The notes under the pieces were generated by a model. The model did no database searches and was not told where the DNA came from. It saw only the letters and a list, made by a program, of their open reading frames with translations. A stretch of 64,000 bases of DNA from an uncultured Aliarcobacter sp. (GTDB lineage Bacteria; Campylobacterota; Campylobacteria; Campylobacterales; Arcobacteraceae), in NCBI GenBank assembly GCA_963664305.2, contig CAXXLV010000002.1, positions 1,248,001-1,312,000 on the forward strand, written 5' to 3'. Shown here in pieces: positions 1 through 9,240 of this stretch (position 1 is the first letter of the stretch; each line of letters begins with the position of its first letter). Made by a program: the position numbers and the translations under genes.

Positions 1-728
1 TTACAATTATATTCTTTATTGCTCAAGCATTTGTAATTCCAAGTGGAAGTATGAAAAATACTCTATTAATTGGAGATATGTTATTTGTAAAAAAATTTGC
101 ATATGGAATTCCAACTCCAAGAATCCCATGGCTTGAAATAAAAGTTTTACCTGATTTTAATGGAAATGGCCATCTTATTGAAGGTGATAGACCAAAACGT
201 GGTGATATTGTAGTTTTTAGATATCCTAAAAATGAAACTATTCACTATGTAAAAAGAGCTGTTGCAACGGGTGGAGATATGATTGCAATAAAAGATAAAC
301 ATCTTTTATTACATCCAAAAGAAGGAAATGAGTTTGTAAAAGCAAACTATCCAAAAGAAAATATTATTGAAGTTGAAGATAAACTTTGGGTAGTTGATCC
401 ATATAGAAAAGATCATCCAGGAATTCACAATGACCCAACTGTTGTTGATAATGGATTAAATCCAAGTGAATTATTTAATATGATGCCAATTATAGTTCCA
501 GAAGATGAAACATTTATGATGGGTGATAATAGAGATCATTCAAATGATTCAAGATTTTGGGGAACAGTACCATATAAAGATATCGTAGGAACACCTTGGT
601 TTGTATATTTTTCATGGGATGAAAATAAAGAAATCAGATGGGATAGAGTTTTGAAAAGCGTAAAATCTATTGAAGAAAATATGGATAAAGAAAATATTGA
701 AATTAACCATGAAAAAGGAATCTATTAA
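1..728 (+). CDS. lepB: Signal peptidase I, 5'-truncated by window edge
   Basis: Frame is open from base 3 (TIIFFIAQAFVIPSGSM, catalytic Ser box). Also has YVKR (catalytic Lys) and GDNRDHSNDSRFWG motifs. Confidence 0.95.
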   Translation, partial: TIIFFIAQAFVIPSGSMKNTLLIGDMLFVKKFAYGIPTPRIPWLEIKVLPDFNGNGHLIEGDRPKRGDIVVFRYPKNETIHYVKRAVATGGDMIAIKDKHLLLHPKEGNEFVKANYPKENIIEVEDKLWVVDPYRKDHPGIHNDPTVVDNGLNPSELFNMMPIIVPEDETFMMGDNRDHSNDSRFWGTVPYKDIVGTPWFVYFSWDENKEIRWDRVLKSVKSIEENMDKENIEINHEKGIY

Positions 729-729
729 G

Positions 730-1185
730 ATGAAATATTATATTGCAGCAGACCATGCAGGAATTGACATAAAATCTTATGTAAAAGAACTTTTTGAAGA
801 AAGAGGTCATCAAGTTGAAGATTTAGGACCTTTTAGCAAAGATAGAGTTGATTACCCTGATTATGCTTCTAAAGTTTGTAAAAAAGTTCTTGAGAATGAA
901 GGAACAATGGGAATATTAATTTGTGGTTCAGGACTTGGAATGAGTATGGCAGCAAATAAATTTGATGGAATTAGAGCAGCTCTTTGTCACAATGAATATA
1001 GTGCAAGAATGGCAAGAAAACATAATGATGCTAATGTTATTTGTTTAGGAGAGAGAGTTTCTGGTCATGGAATGATTGAAGCTATTGTTAAAGCATGGGA
1101 TAAAGCTGAATTTGAAGGTGGAAGACATGCAGGACGTGTTGAGAAAATCAATGCTTTAGGAAAAATGGGAAGTTGTAGAGTATAA
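730..1185 (+). CDS. rpiB: Ribose-5-phosphate isomerase B
   Basis: ADHAG, DYPD, CGSGLG, HNDAN and FEGGRH motifs; start reassigned to ATG at 730. Confidence 0.95.
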   Translation: MKYYIAADHAGIDIKSYVKELFEERGHQVEDLGPFSKDRVDYPDYASKVCKKVLENEGTMGILICGSGLGMSMAANKFDGIRAALCHNEYSARMARKHNDANVICLGERVSGHGMIEAIVKAWDKAEFEGGRHAGRVEKINALGKMGSCRV

Positions 1186-1200
1186 ATATACTCTGCAATT
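1171..1200 (+). terminator. Hairpin at end of rpiB, probable intrinsic terminator
   Basis: Inverted repeat AGTTGTAGAGTAT-aaat-ATACTCTGCAATT overlapping the rpiB stop. Confidence 0.55.
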
Positions 1201-1343
1201 CTATTAAAATAATTTAAATTAACTTTTAAAAAATTATATCTTCAAATCTCTACTTTTAATCTAAAATCTTATCAATTTATTTTCCTAAGTACCTATTTAT
1301 CAATATTATGAGATAATCAAATCAAAATGAAAAGGCATATTTT

Positions 1344-1448
1344 ATGAGTGATTGGCAAGTATATCTAATGATGTTTATTGTTGTTAGCCTTATGTTACTT
1401 GGTAAAAAAATGATGTTTTTTGATAATGAAAAAAAGGATAAAAATTGA
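1344..1448 (+). CDS. Small 34-aa single-TM Met-rich peptide (not in ORF track)
   Basis: MSDWQVYLMMFIVVSLMLLGKKMMFFDNEKKDKN; its TGA overlaps the TTG start of the next gene. Confidence 0.5.
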   Translation: MSDWQVYLMMFIVVSLMLLGKKMMFFDNEKKDKN

Positions 1449-2674
1449 TAAATCCAAAAATTATAGATTATATTTTTTCAAGTGCATCTATTCAAAGATG
1501 GAATGATTATCCAAGAATGGTTGAACTAGTAGAACTTGATAAACAAGCTCATAAATTTATAATTGCTTATTTTATTGCGAAACTTGAAAAAGATATAAAT
1601 TTTACACATCTAATTGAAGCTGGTATTTTTGAATTTTTAAGACGTGTAGTTGTAACTGATATAAGACCTGATGTTTTTAGAAAAGCTTTACAAAAAAAAT
1701 CAAAAGAGATTAATAGTTGGGTTATTTCAAAATTATCTTCTTCTATAAAAGATATTGATAATGGAACTTTTTTACAAAAATTTGAAGAGTTTTTGAATAA
1801 TCCGGAAATGTATAAAAAAGAGAGATTTATTTTAAAAGCGGCTTCATATCTTGCAACAAAATGGGAATTTTCAATCGTTTATCAAACAAGCCAATTTTTA
1901 AATGATATTGAAGATGTAAAAAAAAGTGTTGATGAAGAACTTGAAGACTATTATGAATTAATCGGTGTAAGAAAAATTGCATTAAATAAAAAATTAGGAA
2001 AAATTGTAGATTTAAGTGGTAGATTAAGATTCCAAAAAAGATGGGCACAAACTCCAAGAATTCCAGAAACTTCTGTTTTAGGACATATGTTAACTGTTGC
2101 AATTTTTGGATACTTTTTCTCACTTGAAGTAAAAGCTTGTGATAAAAGATTACAAAACAACTTTTTTACAGCTTTATTTCATGATTTACCTGAAGCTTTA
2201 ACACGAGATATTATAACTCCTGTAAAATATTGTGTTGATGAATTATCTGACATTATTGCAGAGTATGAAATAGAAAAAATTGAAGATGATATTTTGCCAA
2301 ATATTCCAGAAACTTTACACGAAGAGTTTTCTTATATTTTAGGGCTTTATGATGGAATAAAAGAAGAGTTTACAAATAAGATTAAAAACAATGGAAAAAT
2401 TGAAGTTGTAGAAGATATTTCAAAATACAATATTGATAAATATGAAGCAATAGATGGACTTGCTCTTAAACAATGTGATAAGTTATCAGCTTTTGTGGAA
2501 GCTAGTTTATCAATCTCCCATGGAATAAAATCTAAAGAATTAATTGGTGGGAAAAAAGAGATTCTAAAAAGTCTAAAAGAGATTCAAGGAATTGATTTTA
2601 AAGCAATTGCTATGCAAATTGACCATGAATTTGGAACAACAGGACAAACACAAGCCAGAATGGATTTTGATTAA
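1445..2674 (+). CDS. HD-domain phosphohydrolase (YfbR-like, tandem domain)
   Basis: QRW...ETSVLGH...FHDLPEALTRDIITPVK...CDKL motifs. Confidence 0.8.
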   Translation: MINPKIIDYIFSSASIQRWNDYPRMVELVELDKQAHKFIIAYFIAKLEKDINFTHLIEAGIFEFLRRVVVTDIRPDVFRKALQKKSKEINSWVISKLSSSIKDIDNGTFLQKFEEFLNNPEMYKKERFILKAASYLATKWEFSIVYQTSQFLNDIEDVKKSVDEELEDYYELIGVRKIALNKKLGKIVDLSGRLRFQKRWAQTPRIPETSVLGHMLTVAIFGYFFSLEVKACDKRLQNNFFTALFHDLPEALTRDIITPVKYCVDELSDIIAEYEIEKIEDDILPNIPETLHEEFSYILGLYDGIKEEFTNKIKNNGKIEVVEDISKYNIDKYEAIDGLALKQCDKLSAFVEASLSISHGIKSKELIGGKKEILKSLKEIQGIDFKAIAMQIDHEFGTTGQTQARMDFD

Positions 2675-2695
2675 AATACAGTAAAATATAGCTTT

Positions 2696-4660
2696 TTAAA
2701 AGCTATATTTTAGATTTACATATCCATATCTTCCTGGGTCATTAAATAATACTCTTTCTGAACCAACTTGCACATATGTAATATCTTGATATGTATTTGT
2801 TGAAGCATATGTTTTATCAAAAATATTGTCAACACCAAGTGTTAAACCAAAATTTTTATGTAATTGATTTGTATATTTTAAATTAACAACTGCATAACCA
2901 CCTAATTCTTGTTCTCTTGCACTACTATCAAAACTGTCCCATCTATCAACTGCTATTACTTCTGCTGTATATTTTGATTTATCCATTTCATAATTTAATG
3001 CTAAATTTGCTTTCAATGGTGGAATTTCTGCTAAATCTCTATCAGCAACATCTTCATCTTTTTTACCTCTTTGGTAAGCTACACCATAATCAAATGAAAA
3101 ATTATCTGTAATTGCATAAAGTCCACTTACATCAAATCCATAAATTTTTGCATCAATATTTTCAAATTTACTTCCAGTATTATAAATATAATCTTTTAAC
3201 ACTGAATAAAATAATTTTGGTTTTATATTGAAGTTTCCAATAGTTTTATCAAATCCTAAATCAGCTTCATAATTTTTTACATCATCTAAATCTGAATTTC
3301 CTTGAGTTCCCATAGCACTAGTTGTATAAAGTTCTCTTGCATCTGGAACTCTTGCTGATTTTCCAATTCCTGCAAAATATTTTGTATTTTCATCTGCATT
3401 ATAAATTCCAAAAATATTAGCATTTAATGAAGCATATTTTTTATCAGTTTTTAAAATACTTGACGAATCAATATCTGTATAATCATATCTAGCACCCATT
3501 TCTAAATCTAACTTCCCAAATGATTTTTCAACTTTTGAAAAAATAGCTTTATTCGTTGTATCAGTTGATGCTAAACTAGAACCTGTATAAGTCGTAATTC
3601 CTGTTGTTGTATTTGTTGAAAAGTTTTCCCCTCTCCAGTTTCTTACACTTGTATCTAATCCAACAGTAACTAATGAATCTGCAACTTCAACACTATTTTT
3701 TATTTTACTTCCCCAAATAGAAGTTTTATAATGAGCAGTATTATAAGTTGTTAATCCATTATTTCTCAATCTTGTACTCATTGGATGGTCAACATTTGAA
3801 TAGTAATAGTCTAAATCTAATTGTTTAGAAAAATCTCCTAAATTTCTAGCAGTATATCCTACTGTATAAATATTTGAATCATCATAATCAGCATCCATTG
3901 AACCTGTTGGATATAAAACATTATCACTTCTATTTGCAGTGTAAGAAAGTTTTATTTCTTGGTCATCATTTATATTAAACTGACCTTTTGTTAAAACAGT
4001 TTGTTTTTCATATGCTCTTTGTTCTGGATTACTATATTGGTTTGCAGTTGGAACATTTTTTTCTACTTGTTGTTCATAAAAAGTATTTCCATTTCCATCT
4101 TCATATTGGTCACTTCTTTCAGTTGATGCAGAAACTAATAATTTTAATTTATCAGTTCCTCCACTTACAGTTGCACTTGCTTTTCTATATCCATAACTTC
4201 CAGCATTTAAGTTAACTTCACCATGAACATCTTTTGTTGGTTCTTTAGTTTCAACTTTTACTAAACCACTTAAAGTTCCAAAGTTCTCTACATCATAAGG
4301 ACCTTCAATAACTTTTACACTTTGAATGTTGTTTGATAAAACGTGAGAAGTTGCAGGGTCCATTCTATTTGGACAAGCTCCATATATTTTTGCATCGTCA
4401 AGTAAAATATTTATATTGTCTTTTTTTTGCCCTCTTAAAATAATATCATTTGCAATTCCACTTCTTCTTACAATTGAAATTGATGGAACATTTTTCATTA
4501 GAGCTTCAGCTAAATCTGCACTTTTAATCTCTTCTGAACTTACATCTTTTACAATTGTTGAATTTGCAGTTTCAACTACACTGATAGTTTCTAATGTATT
4601 AGTTTCACTTGCAAATAAAACAGCAGTTGTTACAAGTGATAGAGAAATAATTCTATTCAT
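2696..4660 (-). CDS. TonB-dependent receptor, OprC/NosA-like copper receptor
   Basis: Signal peptide, plug with GACPNRMDP (CxxxM), barrel DHPM (HxM), C-terminal Phe. Confidence 0.85.
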   Translation of the reverse strand: MNRIISLSLVTTAVLFASETNTLETISVVETANSTIVKDVSSEEIKSADLAEALMKNVPSISIVRRSGIANDIILRGQKKDNINILLDDAKIYGACPNRMDPATSHVLSNNIQSVKVIEGPYDVENFGTLSGLVKVETKEPTKDVHGEVNLNAGSYGYRKASATVSGGTDKLKLLVSASTERSDQYEDGNGNTFYEQQVEKNVPTANQYSNPEQRAYEKQTVLTKGQFNINDDQEIKLSYTANRSDNVLYPTGSMDADYDDSNIYTVGYTARNLGDFSKQLDLDYYYSNVDHPMSTRLRNNGLTTYNTAHYKTSIWGSKIKNSVEVADSLVTVGLDTSVRNWRGENFSTNTTTGITTYTGSSLASTDTTNKAIFSKVEKSFGKLDLEMGARYDYTDIDSSSILKTDKKYASLNANIFGIYNADENTKYFAGIGKSARVPDARELYTTSAMGTQGNSDLDDVKNYEADLGFDKTIGNFNIKPKLFYSVLKDYIYNTGSKFENIDAKIYGFDVSGLYAITDNFSFDYGVAYQRGKKDEDVADRDLAEIPPLKANLALNYEMDKSKYTAEVIAVDRWDSFDSSAREQELGGYAVVNLKYTNQLHKNFGLTLGVDNIFDKTYASTNTYQDITYVQVGSERVLFNDPGRYGYVNLKYSF

Positions 4661-4708
4661 AAATTTTACCTTGTATTAAAAAATTTACGAAAGTATTACA
4701 AAGAGCTG

Positions 4709-4726
4709 TTAATTTACTGTTAATTA
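4709..4726 (+). repeat. attL-like core TTAATTTACTGTTAATTA
   Basis: Identical to 9931-9948. Confidence 0.8.
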
Positions 4727-4939
4727 GAAAGAACTTAAAAACTTTATTTCTTTATATATTGATTATTTTTTGTGTTGAATAAGTATGTTAATTTATCAAA
4801 TTAACAAAAATTATACAAATTTAATTACTAATAACAAATTAATATTTTTTCCAATATCTAAAAAAAATTATTTTTCTAATAATTAAAATTCCATTAAAGT
4901 TATTAAGTTATAATAAAAATTATTTTTTAAAGGAATTAA

Positions 4940-5245
4940 ATGAAAAAACTTTTATTAATTAGTTTATTAACATCTCTTGCATTTTCAGAGGTTTATTATA
5001 AAAATAAAGATACAAAATATAATGATCGAGAATTAGCAGATGACCAAATCAGAATAAATGGTTATATTACAAATGTAAATAAATGGCGTGATTATACTAT
5101 CATAGAAATAAAACAAAAAGATGGAAAATATGTAAAAGCTAAAGTTGGTAATAATGATGGATTTAGTGAAAATGACATAGTTTTAGGAAGTTGTGTTAAT
5201 TACAAATACGGTCAATATGAAAGATGTTCATTATACAGAAGATAG
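4940..5245 (+). CDS. Small secreted hypothetical protein (element cargo)
   Basis: AAGGA SD; N-terminal signal peptide MKKLLLISLLTSLAFS; two Cys near the C-terminus. Confidence 0.7.
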   Translation: MKKLLLISLLTSLAFSEVYYKNKDTKYNDRELADDQIRINGYITNVNKWRDYTIIEIKQKDGKYVKAKVGNNDGFSENDIVLGSCVNYKYGQYERCSLYRR

Positions 5246-5257
5246 TTATAAAACTAT
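5220..5257 (+). repeat. Cassette direct repeat, copy 1
   Basis: AAAGATGTTCATTATACAGAAGATAGTTATAAAACTAT, near-identical to 5726-5764. Confidence 0.85.
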
Positions 5258-5288
5258 AAGTAAATATAAATTCTAAAAAGGAAGAATT

Positions 5289-5684
5289 ATGAAAATAGAT
5301 ACAGATTATCTAAAAGAAATATTAGATGTTTTTATTGAAAGTGATACTAATTACATTAAAACTGATATATACAAAACTATGATTCATGAAAATGAGGAAA
5401 AATTTTTATTTCATTGGGATCTATTATTAGATAAGTATTTAATTGTAAATACAAAAGGCGAAAAACCAAAATTAGCTACATATGCAATGAATGGTGAATG
5501 TTCAATTATTCTTGGATCAAGTGTTAGATTGCATGATAATGGGCATGAATTTTATAATATGCTAGAAGATGATACAACAATAAATAAAATCCAATCAAAT
5601 GTTAAAAATTTAAGTATGGATTTTCTTTTAGAAGCATCAAAACAGTATATAAATTATAAACTTGGAAATATTTTTAATTCATAA
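5289..5684 (+). CDS. DUF2513/YjcQ-like winged-helix protein
   Basis: Pattern MKID.DYLKEIL...FHWDLLLDKYLI...RLHDNGHEF...NKI resembles DUF2513. Confidence 0.65.
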   Translation: MKIDTDYLKEILDVFIESDTNYIKTDIYKTMIHENEEKFLFHWDLLLDKYLIVNTKGEKPKLATYAMNGECSIILGSSVRLHDNGHEFYNMLEDDTTINKIQSNVKNLSMDFLLEASKQYINYKLGNIFNS

Positions 5685-5725
5685 ATAATACAAAATAAGA
5701 AATATAAATAATACATTTATTTCTA

Positions 5726-5764
5726 AAAGATGTTCATTATTATAGAAGATAGTTATAAAACTAT
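5726..5764 (+). repeat. Cassette direct repeat, copy 2
   Basis: AAAGATGTTCATTATTATAGAAGATAGTTATAAAACTAT. Confidence 0.85.
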
Positions 5765-5767
5765 TTT

Positions 5768-6139
5768 CTATTTAAAAATCATAGTGTTATAAATTTTATT
5801 CTCTTCTTTTTGTTCTTTAATCGCTGAATATACAAAATATGTCATAAATATTGAAGCCATAATTAATGCTCCTAATACTAATAATCCTATTGCATTTTTG
5901 TGTTCAATTTTTGTATTTTTAATATCTAAAATTGGTTCGTTTGCATAAACTCTTTCATCAGTAGGAATATCTCTTTTATTATTTAGATTTAATTCTATTT
6001 TATTTTTTCTATTTGAATTAGCACTAATAAAATCTAATGCTTCTTTTCTTTTTTCTTCTTTTAATAATTGTTTTTCTGCCCTTATAACTCTTTCTTTATC
6101 ATTCCAGTAATTTTTCAACTCATCATTATCTATCTTCAT
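5768..6139 (-). CDS. Hypothetical protein with C-terminal TM helix (element cargo)
   Basis: AAGGA SD before ATG at 6139; hydrophobic AIGLLVLGALIMASIFMTYFVYS. Confidence 0.6.
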   Translation of the reverse strand: MKIDNDELKNYWNDKERVIRAEKQLLKEEKRKEALDFISANSNRKNKIELNLNNKRDIPTDERVYANEPILDIKNTKIEHKNAIGLLVLGALIMASIFMTYFVYSAIKEQKEENKIYNTMIFK

Positions 6140-6256
6140 TTTTTTCCTTAAACAAACAATAATATAGATATTCCTATTGTTATAAATAATAAAAAAAGCC
6201 AATCAATATTATCAAAACTTAATCTAAACATTTTAAGCCTTTGTTGTGGTATTAAG

Positions 6257-6290
6257 AAATTCTAACAATTAAATGACTCAGAAATGACTC
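6257..6290 (-). promoter_or_regulatory. GAGTCATTT tandem repeat (11-bp period) plus TGnTAGAAT -10
   Basis: 28/34 identical to 47804-47837. Confidence 0.5.
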
Positions 6291-6308
6291 TTTTTATAAC
6301 TTTTTTTA

Positions 6309-7328
6309 TTATTCATCTAAAAATGTAGTTTTTCTTATTGTCGTTTCTTTTTTTATATATTTAGAATATTTTTGTAAAGTTACATCTAAAGACCTATGTC
6401 CTAACATTTGACTAACCCATAATGGGTTTTCTGCATTTGAAAGCATATTACTTGCAAAGGTGTGTCTTGTTTGATATATTGAACGATAATCTAAATCTAA
6501 ATGATTTAAAATATCTTTCCAAATATTTTGTAAAGCTGAACTAGACTTAAAAGGTTTAAATTTACTATTCAAAAACACATATTCAAAAGAACCAGTAATT
6601 TTATATTGTTCTAAAAGATAACTTTCACAAATTGGCAGCATATCAATAGTTCTAACACTTGATTTAGTTTTAGGTGTATCTTCAAAACCGTTTGTAAATT
6701 GATTATCTATTTTTATGGTAAAGTTTTCAAAATCAATATTACACCATTTTAAACCAAATATTTCTCCAGTTCTTGCACCAGTATAAAAAAGAGTTGCAAT
6801 TAAATTTTTTATTAAGTCAGGAGCCGTATCAATAATTTTTTTAGCTTCATCAAAAGTAAAAGGATTCATAACATAATTTGTTTTTAGTTTTGGTTTTGTA
6901 ATTTGTAATGGAGTAAAATTGATATAACCTTTGATTATTGCTTTTTCAAATGCAAACTTCAATATAACATGACATATTCTTAAAGTAGATTTATCAGAAA
7001 AAGAATTATAAAAATCATAAATTATTGATGGAGTAATTACACTAACTACTTTATCACTAAAGAAAGGTTTTATTTGAGTATTAAATAAGTTATTATATGC
7101 ACGATAAGAATTTCTTTTTAAAGTTGATTCTTTCTCATCTAAAACCATTTGACAAAGTTCTACAACAGTAGGAACACTCTTTTTAATATTGAATTTATTA
7201 AAAAATTCTTCATCTTCATAATAAGACTTGAATTTCTTTATATTCTCTTTTGAATATTTTAATTTTGTTGTTTTTCTTATTCCATTAATTGATACATATA
7301 GAATGCCATTTCTATCGTAAAAAGTCAT
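6309..7328 (-). CDS. Tyrosine recombinase/integrase
   Basis: TGARTGE (R), PKT (K), YQTRHT, LGH and terminal Tyr; GGAGG SD before ATG at 7328. Confidence 0.92.
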   Translation of the reverse strand: MTFYDRNGILYVSINGIRKTTKLKYSKENIKKFKSYYEDEEFFNKFNIKKSVPTVVELCQMVLDEKESTLKRNSYRAYNNLFNTQIKPFFSDKVVSVITPSIIYDFYNSFSDKSTLRICHVILKFAFEKAIIKGYINFTPLQITKPKLKTNYVMNPFTFDEAKKIIDTAPDLIKNLIATLFYTGARTGEIFGLKWCNIDFENFTIKIDNQFTNGFEDTPKTKSSVRTIDMLPICESYLLEQYKITGSFEYVFLNSKFKPFKSSSALQNIWKDILNHLDLDYRSIYQTRHTFASNMLSNAENPLWVSQMLGHRSLDVTLQKYSKYIKKETTIRKTTFLDE

Positions 7329-7426
7329 TTTTCCTCCAAATTTACGCATTAAGTTCTTATCTAGTAGCAAAAGAAAACAAAAAATATTTTAAATTTGTTT
7401 GTATCCTCACGCCCTATCGGTTGTGT

Positions 7427-7498
7427 ACTCATTTTTAAAATATCGGTCTAATATCAATAACGATAAAAAAAGCTATCCGAATATTTTAAAAATCGAGT
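7427..7498. other. Long imperfect stem-loop (candidate single-strand origin or structured RNA)
   Basis: ACTCATTTTTAAAATATCGG (7427-7446) pairs with CCGAATATTTTAAAAATCGAGT (7477-7498). Confidence 0.55.
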
Positions 7499-7539
7499 CT
7501 TAATAATTAATATACATTTGTTATAAAATACTACAACTA

Positions 7540-7824
7540 TTATGAAGCTAGTTTTTTTATTGCTTCACTTATAAAAATTATTTTTATTTTTCCTTTTTCT
7601 ATCGTTTTATGATAATGAACACCTATTTTTAATCTTCCATCTTTAAACATATTATTTAATGTTGATTCAGATATATCTAGATATTCTCTAACATTTTTTC
7701 TTTTTGTCAAATCTGGAACTTTTATAAGATTACTTTCCAATAATTTTATTTTATTTTCTAAGAAAGTAATTTTTTCTAAAACTTCAGGAATTAAATCTAG
7801 ATTTTTAAAAGCTTCATAACTCAT
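7540..7824 (-). CDS. Excisionase-like HTH DNA-binding protein
   Basis: Coiled coil followed by LTKRKNVREYLDISESTLNNMFKDGRL HTH; lies directly upstream of the integrase. Confidence 0.7.
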   Translation of the reverse strand: MSYEAFKNLDLIPEVLEKITFLENKIKLLESNLIKVPDLTKRKNVREYLDISESTLNNMFKDGRLKIGVHYHKTIEKGKIKIIFISEAIKKLAS

Positions 7825-7850
7825 TTTTTATCCTTTTTATAATTAATATA

Positions 7851-8897
7851 TCAATAATCCAAAAGCCCATTTCTCAAAGAGTAGTTTTCACCTCTTTGGT
7901 ATATCAGCTCATCACCAAAAAATATTTCCATTATCTTGTTTCTATTAGTTTGTAATACAAATATAGATAATGATTTCTTTTTAACTAAAGTAGTTAATTC
8001 TTTTAAACTGAATTTTTCATGTAATAATCTATAAAGACTTAAAGGTGCTAAAGTTTTACTACAATTAAATCTAACGATTCTATGTTTACAATACCAAGCA
8101 TTTAAATATTTCTCTTTAGTTGATAAATTCTCTTTTTTAGATAAAGGTAATGTTTTATTTATATACTTCATTACATATGATGCAGCATTTTTAATATTTA
8201 TCTGTATGTCATTTGCTTTATTATCAAATAATCTTTTAAATGCGTTAACCACTCTATCTACACTTGATTTTGGGATAAATAGTAATATATGAGTATGTGG
8301 CGTTCCATTTTTATGTGGCTCATTTACTCTAAAATATATTCTTTCATCTTTAGTTAATTCTTTCAAACTTCTATCGTGTCTAAGTTTGGAAAACATTTTT
8401 GTTAAATGCTTTACTGCTTCTTTAGGTTGAATAAAATTATATTTAGAATTAGGCACTAAAATATTCATCTTTTTATCCATTTTCATTTTATGAAACTCAC
8501 TTGGAAGTGTTAAAGTCATAAATATTGGAAATAGATTTTTTTCTTTTGCTTCATTTGTTAATGTATTAATTCTGTTTTGAATTAATGCATGATATCTAGT
8601 TGGATTATGATTAGCTGATATAACTAAATCTTTTAAAGGAATTTGAGTTCCTGAAATTTTGTCATAGAGGTAATTATATTTTAAAAAAGAATTTTGTCTT
8701 TTTAACTTTTCTAAAACTTCTTTATAATCATTTTGACTTAAGCCATAAATTTTAGTTTTATTGCTTATGTCCACAACTTTTTTATAAATAGTCAAGGAAG
8801 ATAAAGAAGAAAAACTTTGTTCGCACGGCTCACAAATTATTTTCTTCTTATCTTCAATCATTACGCTATTGTTAATAATTTCTTTTGTATAATGCAT
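7851..8897 (-). CDS. HUH rolling-circle replication endonuclease (P2 gpA-like, two Tyr)
   Basis: Motif 1 FMTLTLP, motif 2 EPHKNGTPHTHILL, motif 3 YVMKY. Confidence 0.88.
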   Translation of the reverse strand: MHYTKEIINNSVMIEDKKKIICEPCEQSFSSLSSLTIYKKVVDISNKTKIYGLSQNDYKEVLEKLKRQNSFLKYNYLYDKISGTQIPLKDLVISANHNPTRYHALIQNRINTLTNEAKEKNLFPIFMTLTLPSEFHKMKMDKKMNILVPNSKYNFIQPKEAVKHLTKMFSKLRHDRSLKELTKDERIYFRVNEPHKNGTPHTHILLFIPKSSVDRVVNAFKRLFDNKANDIQINIKNAASYVMKYINKTLPLSKKENLSTKEKYLNAWYCKHRIVRFNCSKTLAPLSLYRLLHEKFSLKELTTLVKKKSLSIFVLQTNRNKIMEIFFGDELIYQRGENYSLRNGLLDY

Positions 8898-8973
8898 TTA
8901 TATATCCTTATCCGAGGTTATTTAGTTCAAAGGAAGAAAAACCGCCAAGTATTCTTTCCTTTGGACAACTTAA

Positions 8974-9240
8974 TTAAACTGCTGTAAATGAAATTGAAGA
9001 CTTAGAATAAAGTTTGCAATTTATTTCCATATCTTTACCAATATTAGATTGATATTTTTGTACCTCTTTTTCATCAATAGTTATATCAACTAATTCTTTT
9101 TTAGAAGTACCATTATTTAGTTTTTGATTTGCAAGTAATTGAACTGCAAATTTTTTACTCGTACTTTCTCCTGTTTCTTTATTTATATAGACTGGCTTTT
9201 CGTAACAATCTATTATTTTGCCTTGTATTGTTATGTTCAT
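8974..9240 (-). CDS. Putative ssDNA-binding protein (small beta-rich OB-like fold)
   Basis: 88 aa, beta-strand pattern, NKETGE hairpin; next to Rep as in inoviruses and RCR elements (inference). Confidence 0.55.
   Translation of the reverse strand: MNITIQGKIIDCYEKPVYINKETGESTSKKFAVQLLANQKLNNGTSKKELVDITIDEKEVQKYQSNIGKDMEINCKLYSKSSISFTAV

Noticed and set aside
670..729. Longer N-termini given in the ORF track for rpiB (also nifS, integrase, RHH, DUF1365, greA)
   Set aside because: Downstream ATGs fit family N-termini and, in most cases, SD positions better.
5220..5764. Integron attC cassette
   Set aside because: The repeats lack the RYYYAAC/GTTRRRY ends and long attC palindrome, and the integrase shows no evident IntI-specific insertion.
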